This document shows, in pieces, positions 35,477 through 47,278 of a stretch of DNA of 64,000 bases. The stretch comes from Vitrella brassicaformis CCMP3155 (taxonomy: Eukaryota; Protista; Chromerida), in NCBI GenBank assembly GCA_001179505.1, contig CDMY01000620.1, forward strand, positions 4,844 through 68,843, in the 5' to 3' direction. Below the pieces are notes generated by a model, which made no database searches, was not told where the DNA came from, and worked only from the letters and a program-made list of their open reading frames with translations. Numbering within the stretch: the stretch's first letter is position 1; each line of letters begins with the position of its first letter. The position numbers and the translations under genes are program-made.

Positions 35477-38400
35477 CACGACAGCTCTAGTCCTTTTTCA
35501 CCTGAAGTCTGAATGAATGAAATATTTCATCGTGCTCCAAATTTGCGTAGTCTTGGCGGATTAATTAGTAAGGTCGGCTGGAGTGTGTCTCTGCTTTTCT
35601 GGTTTTCCTGCCGTCCCCCCGCGCTCTTGAGCCGTCCAGGTATCAAGCGCTGTTGCTGGTCACAGATGCCACAGAGAACGCCGCGCCATTGTTGGCGGTG
35701 CAGCGGCCAAGGGATCCTGTAGCCCTCGTTTTTCACAGTTCTGAAAGGAAAAAGCAGATCGATGAGTCCTTTTCTCAGACGAAAGAATAAAGGGCCTGAT
35801 GCTTTAGGTCCGGTTGCCAAGCTCGCGTCGTGAAACTATTATGAGTGAGGATTTCCTCATCCGGATGAGGAAGTCCTCATCGAATGAGGACTTCCTCATC
35901 GAAAGGGCCCATTCCTGCCTGATTTGCTTCATCTGGTCATCCATTTTCCGACCCATCCGCATCCATCTTTCGTCTTCGTCGATTTCAAGCATCTGAGCCT
36001 TCCGTGCCCCCCAGAGGTACTTGTGCTCTCAACCGTCGTCAGCAAGCCCACTGCACGGAGCGGCGTCTCCGTGTCTCTCCATCCAACACCTCACCCCACC
36101 GTGATCATCCCAGCCGGCCAGAAGGGGCCGAAGACCGCAGGCAAGGGCGCCATGATGAGCGACTAGACACCCACGGGACGGCTCTCCTTCCCTTCACCTG
36201 TCTGAGGGCTTGCCCATCTGACAGGGAGTCTGCCCATGTGCTAGTCGAAACTGCCGGAGTCTGCCAGGGATGCCACCAACGAGCCAAGCCCGACGCCGGG
36301 CGAAGTGCTCAACCACGGAGGATATGGAGGGTATCAGGGGTATATATGTCGTACGCTGACGGTCATGCGAGAGAGAGTGAGAGGGAGAGACTATGAGAGT
36401 CTGTGAGAGCGAGGGCTCGGGGAGGAGCGAGAGAGTCAGGGGCTGCTGTCGGAGATGCTGCTGCTGACGGAAACGGATGGTTACTGGAGCTGACCACTCA
36501 CTTTTCTAAGGTCTGTTGACGGATGCACATAAGGATATAAGCGTGCAAACGATGGACGGATGGCAAAGCGTGGTTCATGGAAGTGACGACCCATGTGAGG
36601 CACCGTGGCGTGAGATGCCGCAGCCACATGGCGATTTTGATGATGCCCGGGTGACAGACCTGATCAAGGCTTTCAATGCGTGTGGACGAAGAGTCACACG
36701 AAAGGGGCGATAGAGAAAAGGTCACGGAGCAACAGAGGTGGAAATCCTGTGGAGGAGGAGGGGCCGCTCTTGACGAGAAGACACATTATATGAAGACTCT
36801 TGCATGTTCGTATGGACGAGACGACATTGAACAGACCGTGAAACAGCTTACATGCCCGCAAGAGTGCGCATGCACTCTATCTCGGGAAAGCGATGGAAGT
36901 CCCGCACGGAAACCAGCCATCGTTGGTGAAGGTAAAGGTGGCCAAGGTGACGGCCACCGACGTCTCTCACTATCTGACGCCGATCCCTTCCACCATGTCG
37001 CAGCTGATCATCGATTCCTTAGGGGAGTTTGGGGGACTTCTGCATCGCGACAGGGGTCGTGTCGCTTCACGCGTGGGATGTTCCCAACGCTTAGTGCTGG
37101 ATCCTGCATACTGTGCAATTGCAGGCGGAGGTGAATGCAGCCTAGCTCGACATGCCTCGTCCCTGTGACGCTCTGGCGATGAGCTGGCAAGGCCGATTGA
37201 GAATCAGTGTATCAATGAAGAGAGTCGCGGGATGGCGAAGCTATAGACGGAAACTGAACGGCCCAGCGGAAAAATCTGGGAAAAATGGGGCCCCTACACG
37301 CCCCTACACGGCCATTTGCCTCTTGGAACCGGACGGGCGGAGGGCTACAGATCCGTAGGAGCTTACTTACTCTGACAGCGACTTGGATCATGTGAATGTG
37401 AAGTGTATGTGCACGTAAGCGAAAGCTGTGTCTTGTGGGGCCTTGCTGCATCCTTCCACATCGGTCTGTTCGGAAAAAGACAGATTCTGCACAAGGTACA
37501 AGAGTGACAAACTGGCGAGACAGGTGACCGCCACCGTTTGTGCCCTGGTTGGGCATGGTTGGACAGTCCCTCCGCCTTTCATCTCTCTCCATCGCCTTTC
37601 ACATAGCCGAGTTCGGCAGTGAACAGAGGGGAGGTAGAGGTATATGCATGATAGAAACGAACAGAGCGGTGTGGAAAGTTGTGCGGACGCTGCACGTGTC
37701 TCCGAAGCCACGCGATGTGTTGGCCGTCAAACGAGTCGGACGAAGAATAGCAAGCTCAAGACAGCATCACAAACACCCCGGCTTTGTGGTCTTTCATCTC
37801 CGCCCTTGTGCAAGGTGACTTGTGCTGATGGAGACAAGGATTCGTTTCTTGTCCGATGAAAATGTCGGTTGCATTTGTTTTCGGCGCTTGAAGTTTCAAG
37901 TTGGAGCATCCCTTTGTTAAGTGGAGCTTCCCTTTGTCTCGAACGGCCGAAGCTAGCTTGAGGCCTTGGTGTTTTTATCAGAATGAATCTCCCGTGTGCG
38001 AAAAAATACCTGGGGTAGACGGATGTCGTCTGAAAGGGAGGCGAACCCAATGGAGCCGGATTTTCCTTGCCTGAGCCTTGCTGAGGATACCTTGCTGAGG
38101 ATACGGATGTCTCGGGTCTTGTCTCGGGTCTCTCCCTAGGAGGATTCCGCCGATGGGAATAGACGCCTCGCACAAGGCAAGGATCGTTTTGGTAGGGGGA
38201 GCGTTTCCGAGCTGCCTGCCTGGTCTGATGTCGCAATGAGCGATCTGCTGGAGAATGCACGGTTGGCGGCCTTGTAGTTCACGGCTGCCCGCGATTTTGT
38301 TCGTGTCGCAACTGACGCTGCCTGGATGTCATTTCTCGGCCGATGTCTGTTCATTCATGGATGTTCTTATCAATTCACGTGCCACACACTCGCCGACCCA

Positions 38401-39983
38401 TCCATTGACCCTTCCCTCATGGCGTACAGTCCGGCGGTCGTTTCTTTGTTGATATGTCTCACATATTCGGGAACGGATTTCGAAGCTGAGGCAGCGCAGC
38501 CTTGCAAAGGCCCTCCCTGTTGCTTCATCAAAGCGTCGGCTTTCCGTCAAACATCCACTTTCTCTCCTTGTTGGGCCTTTTTTTTTCGTGAAGTGCATAG
38601 GCTTTCACACAAGTAAGCAGAGCATCTTTCTCCCTCTCTGTAAACCTCAATCATCGCAACAAGCCGTGTCTCAGAGTGTCTCAGACGGCTCTGTAGTTAG
38701 TCACACCATGTGTGTTACTGACAAAACTGAAATCGTGGTACGGTAGAAGACACCTGGCACTAAACGACGACACACAAAGAAAAGCTCTCAGGCACAGAAC
38801 GCTGTGCACCCAGCGTTTTTCACACGGCTCTGGCCGGGGGTGGCACTCAAACCGAGGCCGAGCGGAAGCACATGCATGGTCCAAAAGAGCAGAGCGGCAT
38901 GAAGTAACCCCTGACGGTGATCCACACGCTTCAAAACCACAGAGCTGGGGGAAGAAGAAAGTGAATTCATCCCGATTCAGGCAGCCTAACAGAGTGGTGT
39001 GCTGCCGATGACAAACAGCTGATGGAACACCTGCTCGAATTGAAGGCTCAATTTTGAAGCGATAAGGATATATATAGCCGATGGCCAACAAGAAGGCAGT
39101 ACCGTCTTGACGAGATCTACATGAAAGACCGGCAACTGAGCCCCTCGAGGTGGTGCGGCTGCTGGACGCCGGCATGCAGTGTACCCCGCGGGCTCTCGAA
39201 CTCCTCCACGTGAGACCACCGACGAGCAGCCAATGGCGGCCGTGCCACCCACGCCCAGTGTTAAAGGGGCCGTTTGATGGGATTCACGCTATAGAGATAG
39301 CATTTTGTCGATGCTCTGGAGACACTTTCTGATGAAAAGACACTCACGATTTCAATCGACAAGCACAAAGACAGACAAGCACAAACACACAGACACACGT
39401 ACGAAGTCTCACACACGTAGACCAGTGACCATGGATTGGTTTGCATGTGGCTTGGGTCGACACAACTGTGTAAACTTTCGGTGACGGTTCTCCTTTTGAC
39501 AGGGCGGAGAGCGATGGCTGCTTGCAGTGTGAATTCAGCACAGCGAGATGTATCATGCATTGACACAATCGTGCTGATTTAGGTCCACCAGCTGTGCCAA
39601 CTTTCGGTGGCTGGTTCTCTTTCTGAAGACGGCGCAGGGCAATGACCGCTGGCGTGCAGACACAGCATGACGAGATGTATCAGACATACACGCTTTTGCA
39701 TCGAATGCATCACAGTCCCGAGAGAAATCAGCAGAAAACCCCAAATTTCGTGTAACCGACACCAGTTTTCGGCACCTTTTGCGCGAGCAACAGGGCGCAA
39801 TTGCAATTGGAAGCAAATTCGTTCCTCGCAGTGTCCGTGCGGATATATTTCATCAACCAGATCTTAAAGAGGGGGCCTAGAAAAAAAGTTGGTTTCATCC
39901 TATACAACTTTTGCGTGATAACCACCCTCCACCTCAGCTTTCAGCTTAGAGCAAGATCCGTGAAACTGATCTGAGCTGTCGTG
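35477..39983. mobile_element. Candidate 4.5-kb CACGAC-terminated element (11-bp TIR CACGACAGCTC, possible CA TSD)
   Basis: CA|CACGACAGCTC at 35475-35487 and GAGCTGTCGTG|CA at 39973-39985. The interior has only unassigned exon-like fragments. Confidence 0.3.
35846..35900. repeat. Triple alternating inverted repeat (GAGGA(T/C)TTCCTCATC / reverse complement / forward)
   Basis: Read directly from the sequence; each unit is itself the hairpin ATGAGG-ACTT-CCTCAT or a close variant. Confidence 0.8.
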
Positions 39984-40110
39984 CAAGACCCCCTAGAGAA
40001 AAAGTTGGTTTGTCGTGGCCGCAAAAAAATGAAACTGCGAGCTGATAACCACCCTCCAGCTCAGCTTTCAGCCTAGAGCAAGATCCATGAAACTGATCTG
40101 AGCTGTCGTG
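39870..40110 (+). repeat. Two ~125-bp tandem units each ending GAGCTGTCGTG
   Basis: GATAACCACCCTCCA..CTCAGCTTTCAGC.TAGAGCAAGATCC.TGAAACTGATCTGAGCTGTCGTG occurs twice. Confidence 0.8.
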
Positions 40111-41926
40111 TGCATAATTCAGACTACATTCATGCATGTCGCACAGAGACATCAATCTACAGGTCGCCCTCCGACTCAATCCGGGTGTACACCCCACTGT
40201 GTGGGATGGATGAAGGATGGTGTAGAGTCTCTGGTCATGGCTGGTTTGCAGTAATCGAATAGCAGCGACACTCTGTTTAGTTACTGTCTCCCTCTAGTGG
40301 TCTGCCTGTTGATGGACCCTTGGTGCCAATGCACTTCCAGTCAATGTCCTCCTCTCTCAGTCGTCACTTCCACTTCCTACTCAACTGCACAGAGACAATT
40401 ACTTGGATGGACGCGCAGCGCACGAACACACGGGCAGACGGATGGATGCACACGCCACATACATGCCCAACACTGAGATACACACATGTAGACATCCACA
40501 TAGATGGACGCACAGCACACATGTATGGATGGATGCATGGATACATGCGTAGCAAACAGATACCGACGTGGATGGATGGGCATCTTGGAAAGGTGATATT
40601 GATTCAGTGATGCTGAGCTGCGTCTTCGATGAATCCCAACGAGTATTTGACATCTGTCTAGTCTCGTGGTCTCAGAAATCATCACACGTTATCACGAACC
40701 TATCACTCACCATCACTCACCCACAAGGAAAGCGACCGCGGTCGTCACGCAGGCAGCCACAGGAGTGGAGCGACCAAGGCATCTGTCGGCCTGTAGGATC
40801 AGGGGCAAATTACGGGTGTTATCGCTATCTCTTTTCATTTATATACATGGGCCAACCAACCTACCGCTGGCAGGAGAGCGAGCATCGATAGGCAGCGAGC
40901 CCATGGGACACATACACAGACGCATACTAGCTGTTGGCCTTTGTAGTGTCGTGTGCACGTGTATTTGGTTGTGATTGACCCCTCAGGAAGCACGTATACC
41001 ACGTACACACGTGTGGCAATGACCAGCACGTGTGGCAATGGCCAGTAGGAGCATGTTGCTTGTCACGGGGGTCCGCACGTGTGCACAGAGCTCAAGACAC
41101 ACCCTCTAAGGTGATCCGCACCTGCATTGATACATTGCATAAAAAAGACACGCGGAAACAGACAGGAACACATACGAGGGATTTCGATTGGACGTTGTGA
41201 GCGATTCCTGTATGGGCGGGCTTGCTGACACCCCGGCCTTCTTGATACTCTGAAATGCACTCCCGTCTACCGCACGGGTGTGGATTCACCCATCCATCCA
41301 CCCACAGACGTCCATAGAGGATAAGAGAGAATGAATGTTCCTCGAGTCGAGTGATAGCAACACTGACATGTACAAGTTGAACTCGTCCTCAATGTCGTCG
41401 GTATCCTCTGCATTCTCTGGCATCGGGCAAGGATCGGGCGCCATCTTATGCCCCACTGCATGGCGACGTGGGGCATGGCGCCGCGTTGCTCGAAGCGATG
41501 GACAAGCTGGAAACATCAGCATATATTGCATAGCATAGCTGTGAACGCACATGTGTTGTTTCCCTTTTTCCATTCGGCAGCTGTGAGCGTGCATGTGCTG
41601 AGAGCTGATCATTGATTCAAACACTCATCCCGTGTCTGCCAATAGGGTTTGCATCACACACAGTGTCACACACACGCACACGGCCGCACACAGAAGCCAG
41701 AGACGAGCGCCAGCGGAGTGAGGAAGGAAGTGAAGGGAAGGAAGGGAAGGGGGGGAAGGGGGAAGGTTTACACCGCTGCGCCAGCACATGCGCCTGCAGG
41801 TACTCTTTCCTTCTCGACCACACGCAGGCTGTAGTGCCAAGCAACTAGACGCATACACATGAGAAGGCTGATTTCCAACCATATGGGGCCATTCAGTACA
41901 CTTCCTGCTCCATGACAGCTACGCAT

Positions 41927-43162
41927 TCACATCCGTCGATTCTGCGCCCGCTCCAAGACCACAATGTATCTGCGGAAAGAGCACACATATTCATTTGCCT
42001 GTCCACTCGGCTAGTGTGACCTCCATGCGATCAGCTGGACGACATAGGCTATACACGCTGGGCCGATAGTCCCCGAGAGTGTGACAGCAGCCAGCATCTG
42101 TGGGTCCGTCATTGTAGTCGGTGAGCGTACTACCAACCCAGATAGCGCAGGGCTCCTGACACGCACACGCAGATGCATTCTTCCTTGACAGCGCCGTCAC
42201 CCACTCACCAGCTGCAGATTTCACGCGGGAAAAAGGACTGCACTGTCCCCCCGCCATTGAACGGCAGCTGATACGAATTGTCGTCCGCGAAAGCTATAAC
42301 ACAGGTGCTCAAGGCAGAGAGGTAGGGGCTCACAGCCTCACACACACCTGAATTCGACCACCTACGGTTTGCTGTCTGTCTGTACGTACATGTTATGCGC
42401 TGCGTTATGCCTACCCCCAATCGCAAGGGTTACTGACCCCCATACAACCACCCGCCAACGGGATTTGACCAGTTGTATTTTCAACACCTGCATAGCCACA
42501 GACCCTAGTGTATGTTTTGTCTGCTTTCGTGCACCTTACGCCGGTGGCGCTCATTTTGAGAGCCTCCAACAACAGGGTGCCAACCACGACCATCAGGCCA
42601 CAAACATAGCTCGCCCCGTCTGGCACATTTACACACCATGCACACACATCTGTGCACATGTTCGCATGTGTGGACTACCTCTGGTGGCTGCAAGATGCAT
42701 GCCTAGTGCCCTGAGTACGGCCGGAGGCGGCACGAGCAATGCCAGACCGGTCAACGGCCACAGGGACTTTTGGCGCATGCGGGCAACGAAACCGAAGACT
42801 GAGAAAGCTACAAGGGCTGTCAGAATGCCAGTCACACCTAAAACTACGCCGACTGTCAATGCACCCTGCCCACCTGCTCATACGGATGCAAATACTCACA
42901 AGTTTACCGACGACATTCTATGTTCTCCCTCACCGGTGCCACCCATCATACCCAGCCGGCATAGAGAGTGCACCGTGATTGTGGTGTCATGTGCGCTCTC
43001 TGCTCTCTTGGCGGCTCGGTCAGCCGTGGTGTCCTCGGGTATGGGTATGGAAGTCGCCAGCATCAGCAGCCAAGCGAGCCATAACACGGACGGAAAAGCT
43101 GCCAGCGAGCTGAGTGGAAGAGGGTGTAGAATGGTGTGCATGCTGTCTGCGTAAGCGGACAT
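41927..43162 (-). CDS. Multi-pass membrane protein, EamA/DMT superfamily-like (about 7 exons)
   Basis: All predicted GT-AG junctions keep frame, giving ...GALTVGVVLGVTGILTALVAFSVFGFV...LRALGMHLAATRDGASYVCGLMVVVGTLLLEAL...RVVVWGSVTLAIGG...LAAVTLSGTIGPACIAYVVQLIAWR. The middle segment resembles the EamA GLQYTTAxxAxFITGLxVV pattern. Confidence 0.55.
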
Positions 43163-44393
43163 TTCTGCTTTTGTTTTCCGTACCTGATCCAGTCGCCTAC
43201 TGCGATGATCCAATAGCATGTCGCTGGAGAGAGCTCGCCTTTGCTGGCTGTGAAACATCAGCGGCGGGCTCCGAGAGATGATTGCAGACTGCTATGGAAT
43301 CAAACTTCTCCTGTCACTCATATGTGATACCTTTATGCCCGGATGTGTCCTGGTTAGATCATCCGATATTGATAATCTAGATCAGCACAAGTCGACTCAA
43401 GTACGGGAACTCGAGAGCGATTGAATGAACGAAGTCAGGCGTGTGGGTCCGTTATGCAGTGCCGGTCATGCAACGAGCTCAACCGATGGGCCCTGTGAGC
43501 GTTGACAAGGCAGGGAAGCGCCGCTGCCAAGCTCGCAGACCACCGGCAAAAGCAAACAACACGCCTGAAAACATTGCATGCACCCACAGCCAGCCAGCCA
43601 GCCAGCCAGCCACGGACGGACAGACAGACAGACAGACAGTATGTATGTGTGTGTGTGTGTCGGGACGGTAGTGTCTTGTTCGCGTACCCACATGGGAGTG
43701 TTGTGGAGAGCACCCAATGAAAAGAGCGACACGACAGAGGGGCGCACAAAACAACCTGCCAACACAACGCCCACACACATGCCAGCCAACCAGTCAGTGT
43801 GTGTGTGCGCAGATGTCCATAACTGTCTCAACGCGCACCACAGAGTGTGTGCAGAGCACCCAACGACGAAAAGCAGTCAGATGGGAGAGTGCGAAAAAGC
43901 AACTGCTACACCATGTCCATCCTTTCCGTGCTTCATCCCTTCCCGTGCACCACACGCATGCATACAATAGAGGCAGACCGACAGGTAGGCCCATAAGGGT
44001 GTTGTACAGCTGCGAGAGGGCCAAAAAGCGAAGCGCAGAAGGCAAGGACGCGATCCACGAGACTAAGAAAACGTTTCACGCGGCCATAACGCCAGTGGGT
44101 TGCAACACGGCGACGATCTACGCCTCAGACAAGACACAACCAAGAGCGAGACATGCACTGCAATGCATACGGCATCCGGAGCCAGCCAGTCACCCCACAT
44201 CCCCGAGGCGGGGATGGTGTGCGGCCTGTATGGCCCGCGGCTGACGAAGTAATCTGGGAACCCTCCGGCCCTCCGTGGCCCACTGGTGGCCGCAGCGGCT
44301 CGTTGCATACGACTCGGCACTTGAATACCCAGCTCGACGGACAGGAGTTCGCTCCAATGGTGGATGCAATCTTCGTGTCCTCAGAAGCGGGAA

Positions 44394-45004
44394 TTACGAC
44401 CGGGCGGGGCTTCCGCTTGAGAGCGTCTTGAGGAAGTCCACCGTCTTCTCTCCCCACCTGCCGAATGTCTCCGCAGCGAGAGGCACAAAGCGGAAGCCAG
44501 CTGCTTCTGCGGTCGGGCCATACTTGTCGATCTTGTCTTTCTCCGCAAGCTGCGCCGTCTTGCCACCTGGAGGCTGTGCACCACGCCGGTTGACAGTCCG
44601 GTGAGAGGGGATGGGGGAGTCGTCAGGGCGGCAGGGGTGGGCGATGGTGACATCGAGCAGGTAGTCATGGCCGTCGATCACACAGTAGATGTCCATGCGC
44701 TGGCTGTTGGGGTTGTCGTCGGGCGGGCTGACGCCGAGGCTGTGCACAGGCACCTCCACATTGGAGGGAACATCTGCCTCAGCCACGATGCAGACGAAAA
44801 GGTTGCGCATGTTACGTGACCGCACACGGCGTGCGACGGGCAAAGTAGTGATCGCCAAACTTGTCCACCTCCCCGCCGCAGATGCATCGCTGCGAGACGG
44901 TTGCGTGCGGGAGGCTGACGCCGAGACACTCGGCGACGGCATGGCGATACTGGAAGTTGTTCAGTGCCTTGATGTCGACAGAAGGGATCGCACGCGTGCA
45001 ACCC
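44394..45004 (-). pseudogene. 3' fragment of a CRE-like non-LTR retrotransposon (CCHC knuckle plus restriction-like endonuclease)
   Basis: CICGGEVDKFGDHYF, RMDIYCVIDGHDYLLDVTIAHP, AEKDKIDKY and FRFVPLAAETFGRWG. Cut on the upstream side by a TIR element. Confidence 0.85.
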
Positions 45005-47248
45005 CACCACCAGGAGGAAACAAGTGCAAAACTGGTATTCCAGCTCCAAAACCGTTTTGGGACCGGAAAACCAGACACCCCCAACGGAAAACCAGACACG
45101 CTGTACAGAAAACCGGACCTGCTGTGCAGAAAACCAGACACTCGGTACAAAAAAACCCGGTTTTGTGATAGAAAACCAGCTGCCCGGTACAGAAAACCCG
45201 GTACAGAAAACCGGGTTTTCTGACAGAAGACCGGGTGGCCGCACAGAAACCAGCAACCCGGTACAGAAAACCGGGTGCCCGTACAGAAAGCCCGCAGCGC
45301 TGTACAGAAAACTGCGTTTTGGAGCCAGAAAACCGGGTTTTGGAGACAGAAAACTGCCCGAGTGCTCCCTGATGACCGCCGGATGCAGGCCGATGCCCGC
45401 CGACTGCTCTTTGGTGCATGCTAGTGTTTTCTGACCGATCGGCCGACTCATGCCGTCTCAATCAATGCGATACGTGGATGATCAACTGACAGGCAATGTC
45501 TGTCGTCTGGCGGCCGTCGGCACCACACCGACGAACACGCAATGCACCCCTGCAGCCGACAATCACATCCTCACACCCACACCCACCCACCTACATACTT
45601 AAACTGCGATACATGGATGTTCAACGGCCGACAGGCAATGTCTGCTGCCTGGTGGCCGTCGGCAACACACCGACGAACATGCAATTCACCTCTGCAGCCG
45701 ACAATCACATCCTCACACCCACACCAACCCACCCACCCACTCAGGCCTCAGCGCTCGAGATCCATCATCATATCACGGTACTCGTCCAGCCCCGCGGTGT
45801 CTTCTGGCGGCTCGCGGTCGATGAAGGGCCAGAGGACGACCGACAGCATCTCCTCCGCCAGACCTGCCATCTCGATGACGCCCCGTCGAGCAGGCAGGGG
45901 CGAATCACCGTCAGCAGGAGGGGACAGCCCGTACAGGAAGTCCCTCTTTGCCGCCGCCAGCTCGCCGAACCTCCGCAGCTGGATGTATCGGACCACTTGG
46001 ACCACGTTGTCATCTGCACACCGCCCGAAGCAACACACACACCTGCGCCTCATCGGCCGATCCCAACTCCCCTTTGACCCACTGACCGAGCCGAATCTGC
46101 TCATCGGCCTGCCTGTCGTCCACAAACGCCGTCTGGAACACTGCGTACAACATCGCCACAGCCCTGACCAAACACACACATGCACACCTGGCCTGCTGTT
46201 TGCGAGGAGCGTCTGGTGCTGAATGTGTTTACTGCACCTCTCGAATGTCAGTGCGATGCCATGATCGCCTCCACACATCACGTAGAAGGGCTCGTCCTCT
46301 CCCCCCATCGTCATATCTGCAGATGCAGGTTGGACAGCAAGCACAACATCTGACAAGGACTTGTCTGCATCTCCCCTGCACTCGGCTTCCCCTCCCCGAT
46401 GCACAGACGATCATCTGACGCAGGTGAGGATTTCTTGGAGGCATGGATCGACCGGCGGGGGGCCTCTGCAGCAGCGGCACCGGCAGCGGCAGCAGCAGCA
46501 GCGGTAGGTCCCTCGATCTTGTAGCACGCACCCTTCCGGTGGTGGTGGTTTCGTTTACGGGGACCTTGCCCCCCCCCCCCCCCCCCCNNNNNNNNNNNNN
46601 NNNNNNNNNNNNNNNNNNNNNNNNNNNNNNNNNNNNNNNNNNNNNNNNNNNNNNNNNNNNNNNNNNNNNNNNNNNNNNNNNNNNNNNNNNNNNNNNNNNN
46701 NNNNNNNNNNNNNNNNNNNNNNNNNNNNNNNNNNNNNNNNNNNNNNNNNNNNNNNNNNNNNNNNNNNNNNNNNNNNNNNNNNNNNNNNNNNNNNNNNNNN
46801 NNNNNNNNNNNNNNNNNNNNNNNNNNNNNNNNNNNNNNNNNNNNNNNNNNNNNNNNNNNNNNNNNNNNNNNNNNNNNNNNNNNNNNNCCCCCCCCCCCCC
46901 CCCTCCCGAGTCTTTTGCGAGTCCGCACCCTTCCGGATCACCGACGCAAGACCCTGCTGGGGAATGCTCGGGTAACGAGCGAGTCGCTCGGCGCGGCAGC
47001 GTTGAGGAGATCGATGCCGTGGCGACGCTCGGCAGTCGTAGGCTGGGGCCCGCTGAGCTTCTGTACCGGGCAGCTGGTTTTCTATCGCAAAACCGGGTTT
47101 TTTTGTACCGAGTGTCTGGTTTTCTGCACAGCAGGTCCGGTTTTCTGTACAGCGTGTCTGGTTTTCCGTTGGGGGTGTCTGGTTTTCCGGTCCCAAAACG
47201 GTTTTGGAGCTGGAATACCAGTTTTGCACTTGTTTCCTCCTGGTGGTG
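45005..47248. mobile_element. ~2.2-kb non-autonomous TIR element (CACCAC...GTGGTG, ~185-bp TIRs with AGAAAACC subrepeats) carrying captured exons and a LINE tail
   Basis: 45005 to about 45192 is the reverse complement of about 47061-47248. The interior has spliced-looking exons (45748-46330, minus) and ~140-bp tandem units (45480-45720). No matching TSD. Confidence 0.75.
46545..47060 (-). mobile_element. LINE/SINE-type 3' end with poly-G tract (spans a gap)
   Basis: rc GGACTCGCAAAAGACTCGGGAGGG...GGGGCAAGGTCCCCGTAAACG matches the tails at 3569-3650 and 5632-5690. Confidence 0.6.
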
Positions 47249-47278
47249 CGAAATATTCGTGTAGGCAACGAATCCGAA

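Noticed and set aside
35437-35491. Helitron 3' end (hairpin then CTAG|T)
   Set aside because: In the 4321 and 29890 copies similarity continues past the supposed terminus and the tetramer is CTTG or CTCG; no 5' TC end or RepHel ORF was found.
36120-36160. P-loop (GPKTAGKG)
   Set aside because: It does not fit GxxxxGK[S/T], a stop follows within a few codons, and there is no supporting domain context.
43580-43665. (CAGC)n, (CAGA)n and (GT)n runs
   Set aside because: Ordinary microsatellites like those throughout the introns and intergenic DNA here.
44678-45461. Repetitive ORFs (TENRTCC.../KPGFL...)
   Set aside because: These are translations of TIR subrepeats, mirrored at 46915-47307.
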